Shown here in pieces: positions 1 to 10,381 of a stretch of 42,657 nt of DNA. Every line of letters begins with the position of its first letter. Position 1 is the first letter of the stretch. This DNA comes from Bifidobacterium breve (GTDB lineage Bacteria; Actinomycetota; Acidimicrobiia; Acidimicrobiales; Ilumatobacteraceae): assembly GCA_945896935.1 (NCBI GenBank), contig CAMDER010000001.1, positions 1 through 42,657 on the forward strand, given 5' to 3'. Both the position numbers and the translations under genes were made by a program. The notes below the pieces were generated by a model that did not search any database, was not told where the DNA came from, and saw only the letters and a program-made list of their open reading frames with translations.

Positions 1-1994
1 GGGAAAATTTCAACTCGTGCGAGGAACGGTTCGTCGGGCGTCACTGACATGACGTCAGACTCAAAGTAGTCATGCACTGGACGAAGTTCGGTACTGGTCG
101 ATTTGTTGAGTGCACGAAGGCTGGCTCGGAGCCATCCGCTCTGGACATACGTTTCCGATCCGTCGGGACGAATTTCGCTGATTGTTACTTCGAGGTCGGT
201 GTCGGCGGCTTCTGTGGAAATCCACAGGTCGGCAGATCCTGGTCCGACGATGACAATGTCCTCTGTTAATGCAGCTGTCGTGAAAACTGCGGCAGTGCCT
301 TCTGGGTTGCGCACCCAGTTCCACTGAATATTGGCATCCCAAATACTTCCTTCGCCCCCGAAGAATGTCTCGGGAGTTGCTGACGGGTCGGCGGTGTAGT
401 CAGTACTACTGGTCTGTGCGACATCGGTGCCAAGGGTTCCGGTATCGCCCAAGTTGTAGCGAAGAGTTTGTGCTTCCGGAATCGGCCAAGCGGAGAAATC
501 GGCACGCCAACGATTCAGCGGTGTGCCTGGTGCTTGACCATCTGCGGCGCCCTCTTCGAAGAGAATGCGCACGGAAGGTTCGCTTTCAAAAATCTTGAGA
601 GCTTGCTCGAAGGTCATTCCAGTAAAACGATTCTCTTGCACAATTGGCGTCGCGACTTTGAAAACTGATGGAGTCAAAACCATCGCAATCACACTGGCGG
701 CACTGAGATCAGGAACTTTCTTGGCGACATACAGGCTTAAGAACTCGGCGTAACGAGGGAACACGGCCGGTCCGAGTGATTCAGTATGCAGACCATTGAC
801 CAAAGTGGTGTACATGTGCGGCGCACCCGTGAACTTGTCAATGAATGCGGGGAAGTGTCCGCCGGTTTGCTCGTCTTGCCAGGCTCCTGCCAAGAAAACT
901 GGAACATTGATTTTGTCAACAAACATTGATGGGTTGATGGAGTCTCCAACCTCGGGAGCGTAGAACACGTTGTCATTGATTTCTTTGATGAGGTCGGGGT
1001 TTTGCAAACGTAATTTTTGGTTGTCGGCACAGATTGTGTCGCCAGAATCTGCCATCTCTTTTGACCATCCTTGGCCATAGACAGCGGCACTATCCATGCG
1101 TTCTTTTGTCCACTTCACTGCGAATCCAGTGTTCAAAATTCCGCCTGGTCGCAATGTGCTGCGTGCGCTGTCGTCGATGACTGAGAGCGGCGTGATTGCG
1201 GCGAGGCTTGGCGGTTGTGTTGCGGCCACAAAAAGTTGGCTGATGCCGGGGTAACTGATGCCGACCATGCCGACTTCATTGTCAAGTACCCACGGTTGCG
1301 CAGCGATTGCTTCAATGGCGTCGTAGCCATCGAGTGATTGAGATTCTTCGAAGTAACGGAATGAACCGCCCGAGCAGCCCGTGCCGCGCATGTTGACTGC
1401 GACATAGGCATAGCCGAGGGTTGTGAAAAGTTGACCGAACGTGGTGTCGTTGGGATTGCTTGGTGCATAGCCCGAGTACTCGACGACGGTGGGGTACGGG
1501 CCGTCTTCAACCGGTCCAGGGAACATGACGTTGGTCGACAACGTGGTGCCGTCGCGGGTCGTTAAGTATCCAAAGCCAGGAGCCGGAAGTTCTTGGTCGG
1601 AATAAAAACTTTGTTCGGGAATAAACGTTGCGTCATAGACAACGACTTCAGCACTGGCGGCCGACATGTCAGCGTTGACAACTTTGTACAAGCCAACTTC
1701 AAGATTGCGGGCCAAGAAAGAGCCCTGTTCATCGGTAGTTCCTTCGGCGGCGACGGTTCCGTCTTGGGCTTGAATCTGTAGATCAGTGCCCGGTTCGGCG
1801 TCAATGACCGCAATTTGGTGGGCTCCAGGACGGACCGTATATGTGGCAAGCGGAAGTGGGGCCAGCGTGGTCGGTGCAACGGTCGCTGGTGCTTCGGTGG
1901 TGGCCGAATTGCTGTCGCTTGAGCAAGCGGCGAGTGTGACGATCGATGCGAAGGCGACAGTGACGCCCAAAATACGACGAGTAATGTGTGACAT
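1..1994 (-). CDS. CocE/NonD-family (S15 X-Pro dipeptidyl-peptidase-like) serine hydrolase, predicted lipoprotein; 3' end runs off the window
   Basis: Absent from the ORF track because there is no stop inside the window. My translation from ATG 1994..1992 gives MSHITRRILGVTVAFASIVTLAACSSDS (lipobox LAAC), then GYLTTRDGTTLSTNVMFPGPVEDGPYPTVVEYSGY and the nucleophile elbow GISYPG. The frame stays open to position 1 (...RPVHDYFESDVMSVTPDEPFLARVEIFP). Confidence 0.8.
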   Translation of the reverse strand, partial: MSHITRRILGVTVAFASIVTLAACSSDSNSATTEAPATVAPTTLAPLPLATYTVRPGAHQIAVIDAEPGTDLQIQAQDGTVAAEGTTDEQGSFLARNLEVGLYKVVNADMSAASAEVVVYDATFIPEQSFYSDQELPAPGFGYLTTRDGTTLSTNVMFPGPVEDGPYPTVVEYSGYAPSNPNDTTFGQLFTTLGYAYVAVNMRGTGCSGGSFRYFEESQSLDGYDAIEAIAAQPWVLDNEVGMVGISYPGISQLFVAATQPPSLAAITPLSVIDDSARSTLRPGGILNTGFAVKWTKERMDSAAVYGQGWSKEMADSGDTICADNQKLRLQNPDLIKEINDNVFYAPEVGDSINPSMFVDKINVPVFLAGAWQDEQTGGHFPAFIDKFTGAPHMYTTLVNGLHTESLGPAVFPRYAEFLSLYVAKKVPDLSAASVIAMVLTPSVFKVATPIVQENRFTGMTFEQALKIFESEPSVRILFEEGAADGQAPGTPLNRWRADFSAWPIPEAQTLRYNLGDTGTLGTDVAQTSSTDYTADPSATPETFFGGEGSIWDANIQWNWVRNPEGTAAVFTTAALTEDIVIVGPGSADLWISTEAADTDLEVTISEIRPDGSETYVQSGWLRASLRALNKSTSTELRPVHDYFESDVMSVTPDEPFLARVEIF

Positions 1995-2054
1995 TGGTTT
2001 CCCCTCAGTTAACTCAATCAACCTTAGAGCCTCGACATCAGGCACAATGGGTTC

Positions 2055-3176
2055 GTGCCTCAAGAAAAGATCGTGACCCCAGACCGCGAGTTGATGATTG
2101 GCGACGTTGGCCGACTTGTCGAAATTGAGTCGCCGTCTTTTGACATTGAAGCTTTAACAAAGAGTGCTCACGAGTTGGCTTCGATGATGGAGCAGCGTTT
2201 GGGTTTGCCGGCAACAATTGTTGATTGTGTCGCTGGCCCTCATGTGCATTGGGTCGGCGGCGGAACTCCAAAAGTTTTGATTGTCGGTCACCACGACACG
2301 GTGTTCCCTAAAGGAGCCCTTGCGGCGCGCCCATTTATGGTGGAAGGCGACAAAGCGACTGGCCCAGGAATTTTCGACATGAAAGCCGGAATCGTGCAAG
2401 CGATTCACGGTGTGGCTGCACTTGCTGACAAATCGGGTGTTGAGATTCTGATCACTTCCGATGAAGAAGTCGGTTCGTTTCATTCGCGCGATTTGATTAT
2501 TGAACGTGCGAAGGCTTGCGGTGCAGTTTTGGTTTTAGAACCCAGTGCCGATGGTGGGGCTTTGAAGACAGCGCGCAAGGGGACTGGCACGTTTGAGTTG
2601 CACGTGCATGGCCGAGCTTCACACGCTGGTCTTGAACCCGAAAAGGGTGTCAATGCGCTCGTCGAAGCGTCCGCGCAGATTTTGCGAATCAATACGTTTG
2701 GAAACGCTGATTTGGGAACAACCGTGACGCCGACAGTTGCCGTTGTTGGAACGGCCGACAATGTGGTGCCAGCACTGGCGAAGATTTCGATTGATGTGCG
2801 CGTCGTTGAAGCAGTCGAGCGCGAACGCGTCGATGCATTAATGAAATCGTTGGCGGTTGAAAATCCCGAGGCTCGTCTCGAGATTAAGGGTGGCTTTAAT
2901 CGTCCGCCGATGCCTCCGACTGCGTCAACGTGGTTGTTCCCGATGGCGGTCGAAGTGGCGCGAGAACTGGGCTTGCCCGAAATGCAAGGTGTTGCCGTGG
3001 GCGGCGGGTCTGATGGCAACTTCACGGCAGCCGCGGGTGTAGCGACTCTTGATGGACTCGGAGCGGTTGGCGGAGGAGCCCATGCTGATCACGAATGGGT
3101 TGATGTCAGCCTGATGCCGGGTCGCGCAGTGCTCATCGCCGGCCTCGTCGCCCGCCTCCAACAAAACCGCAATTAA
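2055..3176 (+). CDS. M20-family metallopeptidase (carboxypeptidase G2 / ArgE-like)
   Basis: 373-aa ORF with HHDTVFP, GPGIFDMKAG, TSDEEVGS and GRASHAG motifs typical of M20/M25/M40. The GTG start at 2055 is uncertain; ATG at 2094 is an alternative. Confidence 0.8.
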   Translation: MPQEKIVTPDRELMIGDVGRLVEIESPSFDIEALTKSAHELASMMEQRLGLPATIVDCVAGPHVHWVGGGTPKVLIVGHHDTVFPKGALAARPFMVEGDKATGPGIFDMKAGIVQAIHGVAALADKSGVEILITSDEEVGSFHSRDLIIERAKACGAVLVLEPSADGGALKTARKGTGTFELHVHGRASHAGLEPEKGVNALVEASAQILRINTFGNADLGTTVTPTVAVVGTADNVVPALAKISIDVRVVEAVERERVDALMKSLAVENPEARLEIKGGFNRPPMPPTASTWLFPMAVEVARELGLPEMQGVAVGGGSDGNFTAAAGVATLDGLGAVGGGAHADHEWVDVSLMPGRAVLIAGLVARLQQNRN

Positions 3177-3178
3177 CT

Positions 3179-3231
3179 CGCCACTTTGGAAGATAGTTGC
3201 CGCCTAGCGGCAGCCATATTCCAAAGTGGCG
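3179..3231. terminator. Composite stem-loop between convergent genes, candidate bidirectional terminator
   Basis: The outer 13-bp perfect inverted repeat is CGCCACTTTGGAA (3179-3191) / TTCCAAAGTGGCG (3219-3231). It encloses an inner 6-bp stem TGCCGC (3198-3203) / GCGGCA (3207-3212) with loop CTA. It lies between the M20 stop (3176) and the argG stop (3242). Confidence 0.6.
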
Positions 3232-3241
3232 GAAAATAGGG

Positions 3242-5146
<1,905 letters not shown>

Positions 5147-5660
5147 CGGCCAGCAAATGCTCCAGCCATCAAGCCCCCGCCGGCGATAGCAAGAATCAGA
5201 GTAACGATTGCGCTGCCCGGCGAGTTGTGGCGATCTACAACGGCAAGTATCACGAGAATAATCGTGGGAATGATCGAGATGTAGCAGACCTGCGGCCCAT
5301 GAAAGAGCGACCATAAAGCTGTCGCCATTAAAGGGAAGCACGCCGCTAGGACCAAAAGAGTCAAGGTCATTGCATTCCATCGTTGATCATCAAGCCAGAT
5401 CACGGGTCGACCAATTATTTGCGATGAAGCACCAAGACAAACGAGGGCAAACATATTGAACAACCAACCCAGAGCGATGACTCGCCCCCAGGCTGGAGTC
5501 AGACGGTGTTGCTGACCTGCATTTGGGAAAAATGTGAAAACCACGGTTTCGGTCGGCTGATTGTGAGAGCCATGCCCTAGATAATCCTGATGATCAATAT
5601 CGCTCACCTCGCCAACTTACCCGAAGTACAGGCTGCACAAACAGGCGATAACTTGCAGGT

Positions 5661-6422
5661 GTGGCCACAGAATCGGCGATTCCCCATTTTCAGAAACTCT
5701 CGTTCTTCTTTCCCATGTGGAACGAAGAGGCGTACATTGGCCGCACTTTGTCGGCAGCTCATGAAGCTGGTCGTTCATTGATCGATGTTGGTGAGATTGC
5801 CGACTACGAAATTTTGATAATTGATGATGCATCAACCGATTCAACTCCTCAGCTTGCCGACGCCGCTGCGGCGAATGATCCACGAGTTCGAGTGGTTCAT
5901 CATCCTAAGAATCGCAAACTTGGTGGCTCGATAAAAACTGGCTTTGCCAATGTGAACGGCGATTTGGTTTTGTATACCGACGCCGATCTTCCATTTGACA
6001 TGGTTGAACTACAAAAGGCTTGTCGCCTCATGCGTCAGTACGAAGCTGACGTCATCAGCGCCTACCGACTCGACAGAACAGGCGAAGGCTATGTGCGCAC
6101 GGTGTATTCGTTTTTCTATAACGCGCTCGTTCGTATTTTCTTTGGCCTCAAAATGCGGGACGTAAATTTTGCCTTCAAGTTGTGCCGCAATCGTATTTTT
6201 GAAAACATCTCGTTAAAGAGCGAAGGCTCATTTATTGACGCCGAATTAGTGATTCGGGCCAACAAGCTCGGCTATCACATCGTTCAGTTTGGTGTCGACT
6301 ATTTCCCTCGTACTCGAGGTGTTTCAACGTTGTCCTCGCCCAGCGTGATTGTCAAGATTCTCCGAGAAATGCGAGAATTGCGCCAAGAACTTCGGGCAAT
6401 TGAGCCCATCGTCACTAGGTGA
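5661..6422 (+). CDS. Glycosyltransferase family 2 (polyprenol-phosphate hexose synthase-like, Ppm/DPM-type)
   Basis: FFFPMWNEE, ILIIDDASTDST and YTDADLPFD (DxD) in a short soluble GT-A architecture of 253 aa. Confidence 0.8.
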   Translation: MATESAIPHFQKLSFFFPMWNEEAYIGRTLSAAHEAGRSLIDVGEIADYEILIIDDASTDSTPQLADAAAANDPRVRVVHHPKNRKLGGSIKTGFANVNGDLVLYTDADLPFDMVELQKACRLMRQYEADVISAYRLDRTGEGYVRTVYSFFYNALVRIFFGLKMRDVNFAFKLCRNRIFENISLKSEGSFIDAELVIRANKLGYHIVQFGVDYFPRTRGVSTLSSPSVIVKILREMRELRQELRAIEPIVTR

Positions 6423-6461
6423 CTGGTCTAGCCGACTTGACCAGCGATATCCTGATTATTC

Positions 6462-7568
6462 GTGGTTAGTGAACAGCGCCCTCGACGATTGAACTCGCGT
6501 CGTACGCGCTCGTCCGCGTTGCAGCAATGGACGCCGGCAATCGCAGCAGCAGCAATTTTGTCGGCTGTTGTTTTAGTCGGAGCACTGGCCTCAAAAGACT
6601 CCTCATCTACTGACGGTCCAAATGAGTCAACGACGACGATCGCTCAAATAGTGACTCCGTCGTCCATGGTTCCTGTCACGAAGTTACCCCTGACGCAGAC
6701 ATACGGTCGAGGTGCTGCCGGCCCAGAAATCAAATTGATTCAAGATCGTCTGATTGAGTTGAAGTTTGATCCAGGGATTCCTGACGGAGCATTTGGGCAA
6801 CGTACTCAACAGGCGGTGTGGGCTTTTGAGAAACTGGTGATGGGAGTTCCGCGTGATCAAGTCACTGGCAAGGTGACACCCGAAATGTGGAGTCGCATGC
6901 AAGACCCGTTAGTGATTTTGCCGCGCCGACCCGATGCAACTCCGGATCACACAGAGATTTATTTGCCAGAGCAAGTGCTGATTGTTTTCCACGCAGATAC
7001 TCCTGTGGTGGTCACGCATATTGCCTCTGGAACAAACGAAGAGTGGTGTGAAGAAGTCACTATTTCACCAGGTGAACAAGATAACGAAACCGGTACTGAG
7101 GCGATTAAGAAAGGTGTCTGCGGATTGTCCTGGACGCCTGGCGGTATCTACAAGTTTTATCGCATGGTGGTCGGACGGCGTGAAAGTCAACTGGGTGGAA
7201 TGTACAACCCCGTGTATTTCAATAAAGGAATAGCAATACACGGCGCCAAAGAAGTTCCTGAATTTCCTGCCTCGCACGGATGTATCCGCATACCGATGCA
7301 TATCTCGGACTATTTCCAGTCGTTAGTCGCCAAAGGTGATCAAGTATTCGTTTTTGATGGCGTGAAAGATCCAGAGGCTTACGGCGCACAACCGCCGCGC
7401 TTTAATTGGGTTGATCCGAGTTACACAACGACAACGACCTCAACGACAACAACTGCACCCGCTGTTACATTGCCGCCAACAACATTGGCACCAGTAACGA
7501 CGCCCGTGACGACATCGAGTACGACGACAACTACAAGCACGACGACGGTGTCAGTTCCTGCTGCTTAG
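6462..7568 (+). CDS. L,D-transpeptidase (PG_binding_1 + YkuD domain) with Thr/Pro-rich C-terminal tail
   Basis: N-terminal membrane anchor. Peptidoglycan-binding repeat GPEIKLIQDRLIELKFDPGIPDGAFGQRTQQAVWAFEK. YkuD catalytic motif IHGA...SHGCIRIP. The last ~48 aa are almost pure T/S/P/A/V. Confidence 0.9.
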   Translation: MVSEQRPRRLNSRRTRSSALQQWTPAIAAAAILSAVVLVGALASKDSSSTDGPNESTTTIAQIVTPSSMVPVTKLPLTQTYGRGAAGPEIKLIQDRLIELKFDPGIPDGAFGQRTQQAVWAFEKLVMGVPRDQVTGKVTPEMWSRMQDPLVILPRRPDATPDHTEIYLPEQVLIVFHADTPVVVTHIASGTNEEWCEEVTISPGEQDNETGTEAIKKGVCGLSWTPGGIYKFYRMVVGRRESQLGGMYNPVYFNKGIAIHGAKEVPEFPASHGCIRIPMHISDYFQSLVAKGDQVFVFDGVKDPEAYGAQPPRFNWVDPSYTTTTTSTTTTAPAVTLPPTTLAPVTTPVTTSSTTTTTSTTTVSVPAA

Positions 7569-7607
7569 CTAGCCAAAGAATTCATCCATGGCGCCACATC
7601 GTGTGCC

Positions 7608-8249
7608 CTATCGGAGTGAATCAAGGATCGCTTGAAGTTCACCGACTTCTGCTTGTTGGCCCTTGATCATTGACTTGGCCATATTGATGACATCTTTGTT
7701 TGAGGCGTGTTCAATCGCGTAATTGGCCATAACGATTCCGCCTTTGTGATGGTTGATCATCAAGGTCGCAAATATCTTCGAAGCTTCGTCGCCCGTAGCC
7801 GCAGCCAGTGAGTCAAGTTCAGCTTGACTTGCGAGTCCGTCCATCTCATCGATCGGCATGGCATGACCCATCCACGTCATTGCGGTTCCAGTGTCATTGG
7901 CTTCAATGGCGTGAAAAGAACGAAGAAGTTGCACCATTCGGCCGTTCTCTAGTTGTTGTGACAGCAGAATTTCTTCAGCGATCATGTTGAGGCGTGGAAG
8001 TGGGTCTGGCACTGACGTTCGGTAGTAGTAGGCCATCTGAACGGCCTGATCATGGTGATAACGCATGTCTTGCAAGAACCCAACATCAACCTTGTTTTGA
8101 TCGGGTGTTGCGGCTGAGTCACCAAAGTAGTAGCCGATGCCAGCGCCGAGGATCAACATCGAAAGACCGATGGCAATGAAATTGAGAGGGTTTTGCCACC
8201 ACGGCAGAATCGTGATTTGTTCATCGAGACTTGTTTCCTGATTGCTCAT
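7608..8249 (-). CDS. DUF305-family membrane-anchored protein
   Basis: One N-terminal TM segment, then two DUF305-type helices: DVGFLQDMRYHHDQAVQMA and FATLMINHHKGGIVMANYA. Confidence 0.8.
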   Translation of the reverse strand: MSNQETSLDEQITILPWWQNPLNFIAIGLSMLILGAGIGYYFGDSAATPDQNKVDVGFLQDMRYHHDQAVQMAYYYRTSVPDPLPRLNMIAEEILLSQQLENGRMVQLLRSFHAIEANDTGTAMTWMGHAMPIDEMDGLASQAELDSLAAATGDEASKIFATLMINHHKGGIVMANYAIEHASNKDVINMAKSMIKGQQAEVGELQAILDSLR

Positions 8250-8411
8250 ATCTCCAGCGTGTCACATTTGAACGTCAACTGGCATCAGGTGCAAAAGTTT
8301 GAACGGGGGCTTGTCGATCTTGGGGTGCTCAAAGCGCAAATTAGCGGAATTTGGAGTGGGCTGGGGTGGCTTGACCTTGGTAGATTTTAATTTCGCACTC
8401 AGGAGGTACGT

Positions 8412-9050
8412 ATGTCAGTAGCAATTTCCACAGCCCCGAAGACTCTTGTCGATGTTGTCGGGAAAACTTCAGAACGTACAAACCGCATTGTTCGTGATGC
8501 GATTCTTGTTGTGAGTTTTGCGGTATTCACTGCGGTCTTGGCGCAAGTGCGGTTCAACCTCGGTTTCACCCCTGTTCCGATCACCGGTCAAACGTTGGCG
8601 GTGTTGCTATCAGGAGCTGCGCTCGGCTGGCGTCGAGGTGCATTGAGCATGGGCTTGTATTGGATTGCTGGAATCTTGATGCCAGTCGCTTGGTACGCCA
8701 GCGACGACTCAGGTACGAGCGTCACAGCTGGCTGGAAGATCGCTACAGGCAGTACCGCTGGATACCTGTTTGGTTTTGTTGTCGCTGCGGCATTTGTCGG
8801 ATATCTCGCTGAGCGCGGCCAAGATCGCAACTTCGCAACTTCTGTGCCAGCAATGTTGGCTGGTAGCGCCATTGTTTATGTGTTTGGCGTGGCTTGGCTG
8901 GCCCACAACTTGAATGTTCCAGTATTCAATGGTGAGGAAAATGCGATCAATTGGGGTTTGACTCCATTCATCGCTGGCGACCTTGTCAAACTTGCATTTG
9001 CTGGATTGTTGACTCCGCTTGCTTGGAAATTGGTCGAAAAGAAGGCGTAA
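8412..9050 (+). CDS. bioY: Biotin transporter BioY (ECF S-component), solitary
   Basis: 212-aa polytopic protein with PITGQTLAVLLSGAALGWRRGALS and the YLxGF region typical of BioY. A strong RBS (AGGAGG) lies 6 nt upstream of the ATG. Confidence 0.85.
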   Translation: MSVAISTAPKTLVDVVGKTSERTNRIVRDAILVVSFAVFTAVLAQVRFNLGFTPVPITGQTLAVLLSGAALGWRRGALSMGLYWIAGILMPVAWYASDDSGTSVTAGWKIATGSTAGYLFGFVVAAAFVGYLAERGQDRNFATSVPAMLAGSAIVYVFGVAWLAHNLNVPVFNGEENAINWGLTPFIAGDLVKLAFAGLLTPLAWKLVEKKA

Positions 9051-9056
9051 ACCTCG

Positions 9057-9368
9057 TTATCTGACGACTTTGCCCGAAACGACCGTCAGTTCGCGGTCAC
9101 CGGTAATTTCAATAATGAATTCCCAACTGTTGTCGTCGTTATCGGTGGCCGAACAGGCGTACTGAGTTCCAGTTTGGATTGATTGCGGTTGGTCACAGAG
9201 GGCGTATTTGTAGCGGTACCCAGCGCTCTTGGCGAGATCGCTACTTTCGAGAAACTTCTCACCCTCGGATTTATAATTTTTTGGCGATGTCGAGCACGCT
9301 GCTGTCAACGTCACGAAACTCAGGGCGCTCACTGCGAGACATATTTTTTGTGTGCGATTGATGTTCAT
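9057..9368 (-). CDS. Small secreted lipoprotein, unknown function
   Basis: MNINRTQKICLAVSALSFVTLTAACSTS (lipobox LTAAC). ATG 9368 is preceded by GAGGA with a 5-nt spacer, so it is preferred over the track start GTG 9380. Confidence 0.6.
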   Translation of the reverse strand: MNINRTQKICLAVSALSFVTLTAACSTSPKNYKSEGEKFLESSDLAKSAGYRYKYALCDQPQSIQTGTQYACSATDNDDNSWEFIIEITGDRELTVVSGKVVR

Positions 9369-9397
9369 ATAGATCCTCACAGTGACAGAGTACCGAA

Positions 9398-10357
9398 CTA
9401 ACTCAGAGTAGAACTTCGTCGGGCGCGACGTATTGAGTCAACTGTGACAATCACTAACGCCAGCCAGACCAATCCAAAGCCAACGAATCGACTAGGCGAG
9501 AGTTCCTCGTGATACGCCAGCCAACCAAGTAAGAAATTGATGGTTGGAACCGAATACTGCATTGGTCCTAAGACGGTGAGCGGCAACTTGAGGGCTGCGG
9601 CCGCAAATAGTAAAAGTGGAACGGCTGTGACAACTCCCGAGAGCAAAACCAAAATGATGTGCCAGAAATTCGCCGACTTCACAACCGAATTGTCGTATCT
9701 CGAGAACCAGATAATGAGTGCAATCGCGGGCACGACAAGAAAAATCGTTTCCGACATTAAACTCTCGAGTGGCTGCAGTGGCACCTGCTTTTTCAATAGT
9801 CCGTACAAAGCCCATGAGGCAGCGATTGCTAATGCGATGTAGGGGACCCGTCCATAACTGATCGTGAGAACCACGACCGCAGCAAGACCGAGTAACGCGC
9901 TCACTAGTTGGATCGGACGAATTTTTTCATGCAGAACTTTGACTCCAATCAGCATCGTGCCAAGAGGAGCGATGAAGTAGCCAAGGGCGGCCTCAATGAC
10001 TTTGCCGTCGTGAATGACGACAACATAAGTCGTCCAGTTGATGGCCAGAAGTAAGGCGGCACAGGCGACGCGTGTCCACAAGTGGTCGGCTGAGAGCTTG
10101 TGAAAGAGTGAACTGAGGCGACCTTTTGCCGCGAGAATGACAACTAATAAAATGACCGACATCAAGATGCGGTATCCAATGAGTTCGAGCGGAGCGAAAG
10201 CCGTTAAGGCCTTCCAGTACACCGTGATGAATCCCCAGAGTAAATAGGCCGAGACGCCAGCCAATACCCCAGTCCGATCGGGAGTTTGGGAGTCAGTTGA
10301 GTTCTTCACTGGGGCGTGGGCTGAGTCGGATTGTGACTCAAGTGCATCAGAACTCAC
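9398..10357 (-). CDS. rarD: EamA/RarD-family permease
   Basis: 10-TM profile. The N-terminal signature GVLAGVSAYLLWGFITVYWK resembles RarD. The start could alternatively be GTG 10309. Confidence 0.75.
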   Translation of the reverse strand: MSSDALESQSDSAHAPVKNSTDSQTPDRTGVLAGVSAYLLWGFITVYWKALTAFAPLELIGYRILMSVILLVVILAAKGRLSSLFHKLSADHLWTRVACAALLLAINWTTYVVVIHDGKVIEAALGYFIAPLGTMLIGVKVLHEKIRPIQLVSALLGLAAVVVLTISYGRVPYIALAIAASWALYGLLKKQVPLQPLESLMSETIFLVVPAIALIIWFSRYDNSVVKSANFWHIILVLLSGVVTAVPLLLFAAAALKLPLTVLGPMQYSVPTINFLLGWLAYHEELSPSRFVGFGLVWLALVIVTVDSIRRARRSSTLS

Positions 10358-10381
10358 GGCTTCTTCCTATCATTCACTGAA

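Noticed and set aside
70-1879. Track ORFs at 70-342(-), 72-269(+), 103-327(+), 266-505(-), 365-598(+), 468-668(+), 565-753(+), 737-1090(-), 1133-1510(-), 1562-1879(-), 1593-1781(+).
   Set aside because: All are out of frame with, or antisense to, the continuous CocE/NonD reading frame. I briefly suspected a frameshift near 1500, but re-reading the bases showed the hydrolase frame is continuous.
2480-3025. 181-aa minus-strand ORF inside the M20 peptidase gene.
   Set aside because: It is antisense to a gene with clear catalytic motifs, and its Ala/Ser/Thr/Pro-biased composition is typical of GC-rich antisense frames.
6423-6445. Short hairpin CTGGTC-N10-GACCAG between the GT2 gene and the L,D-transpeptidase gene.
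   Set aside because: It has only 6 bp, a large loop and no U-tract, so it is too weak to call a terminator or attenuator.
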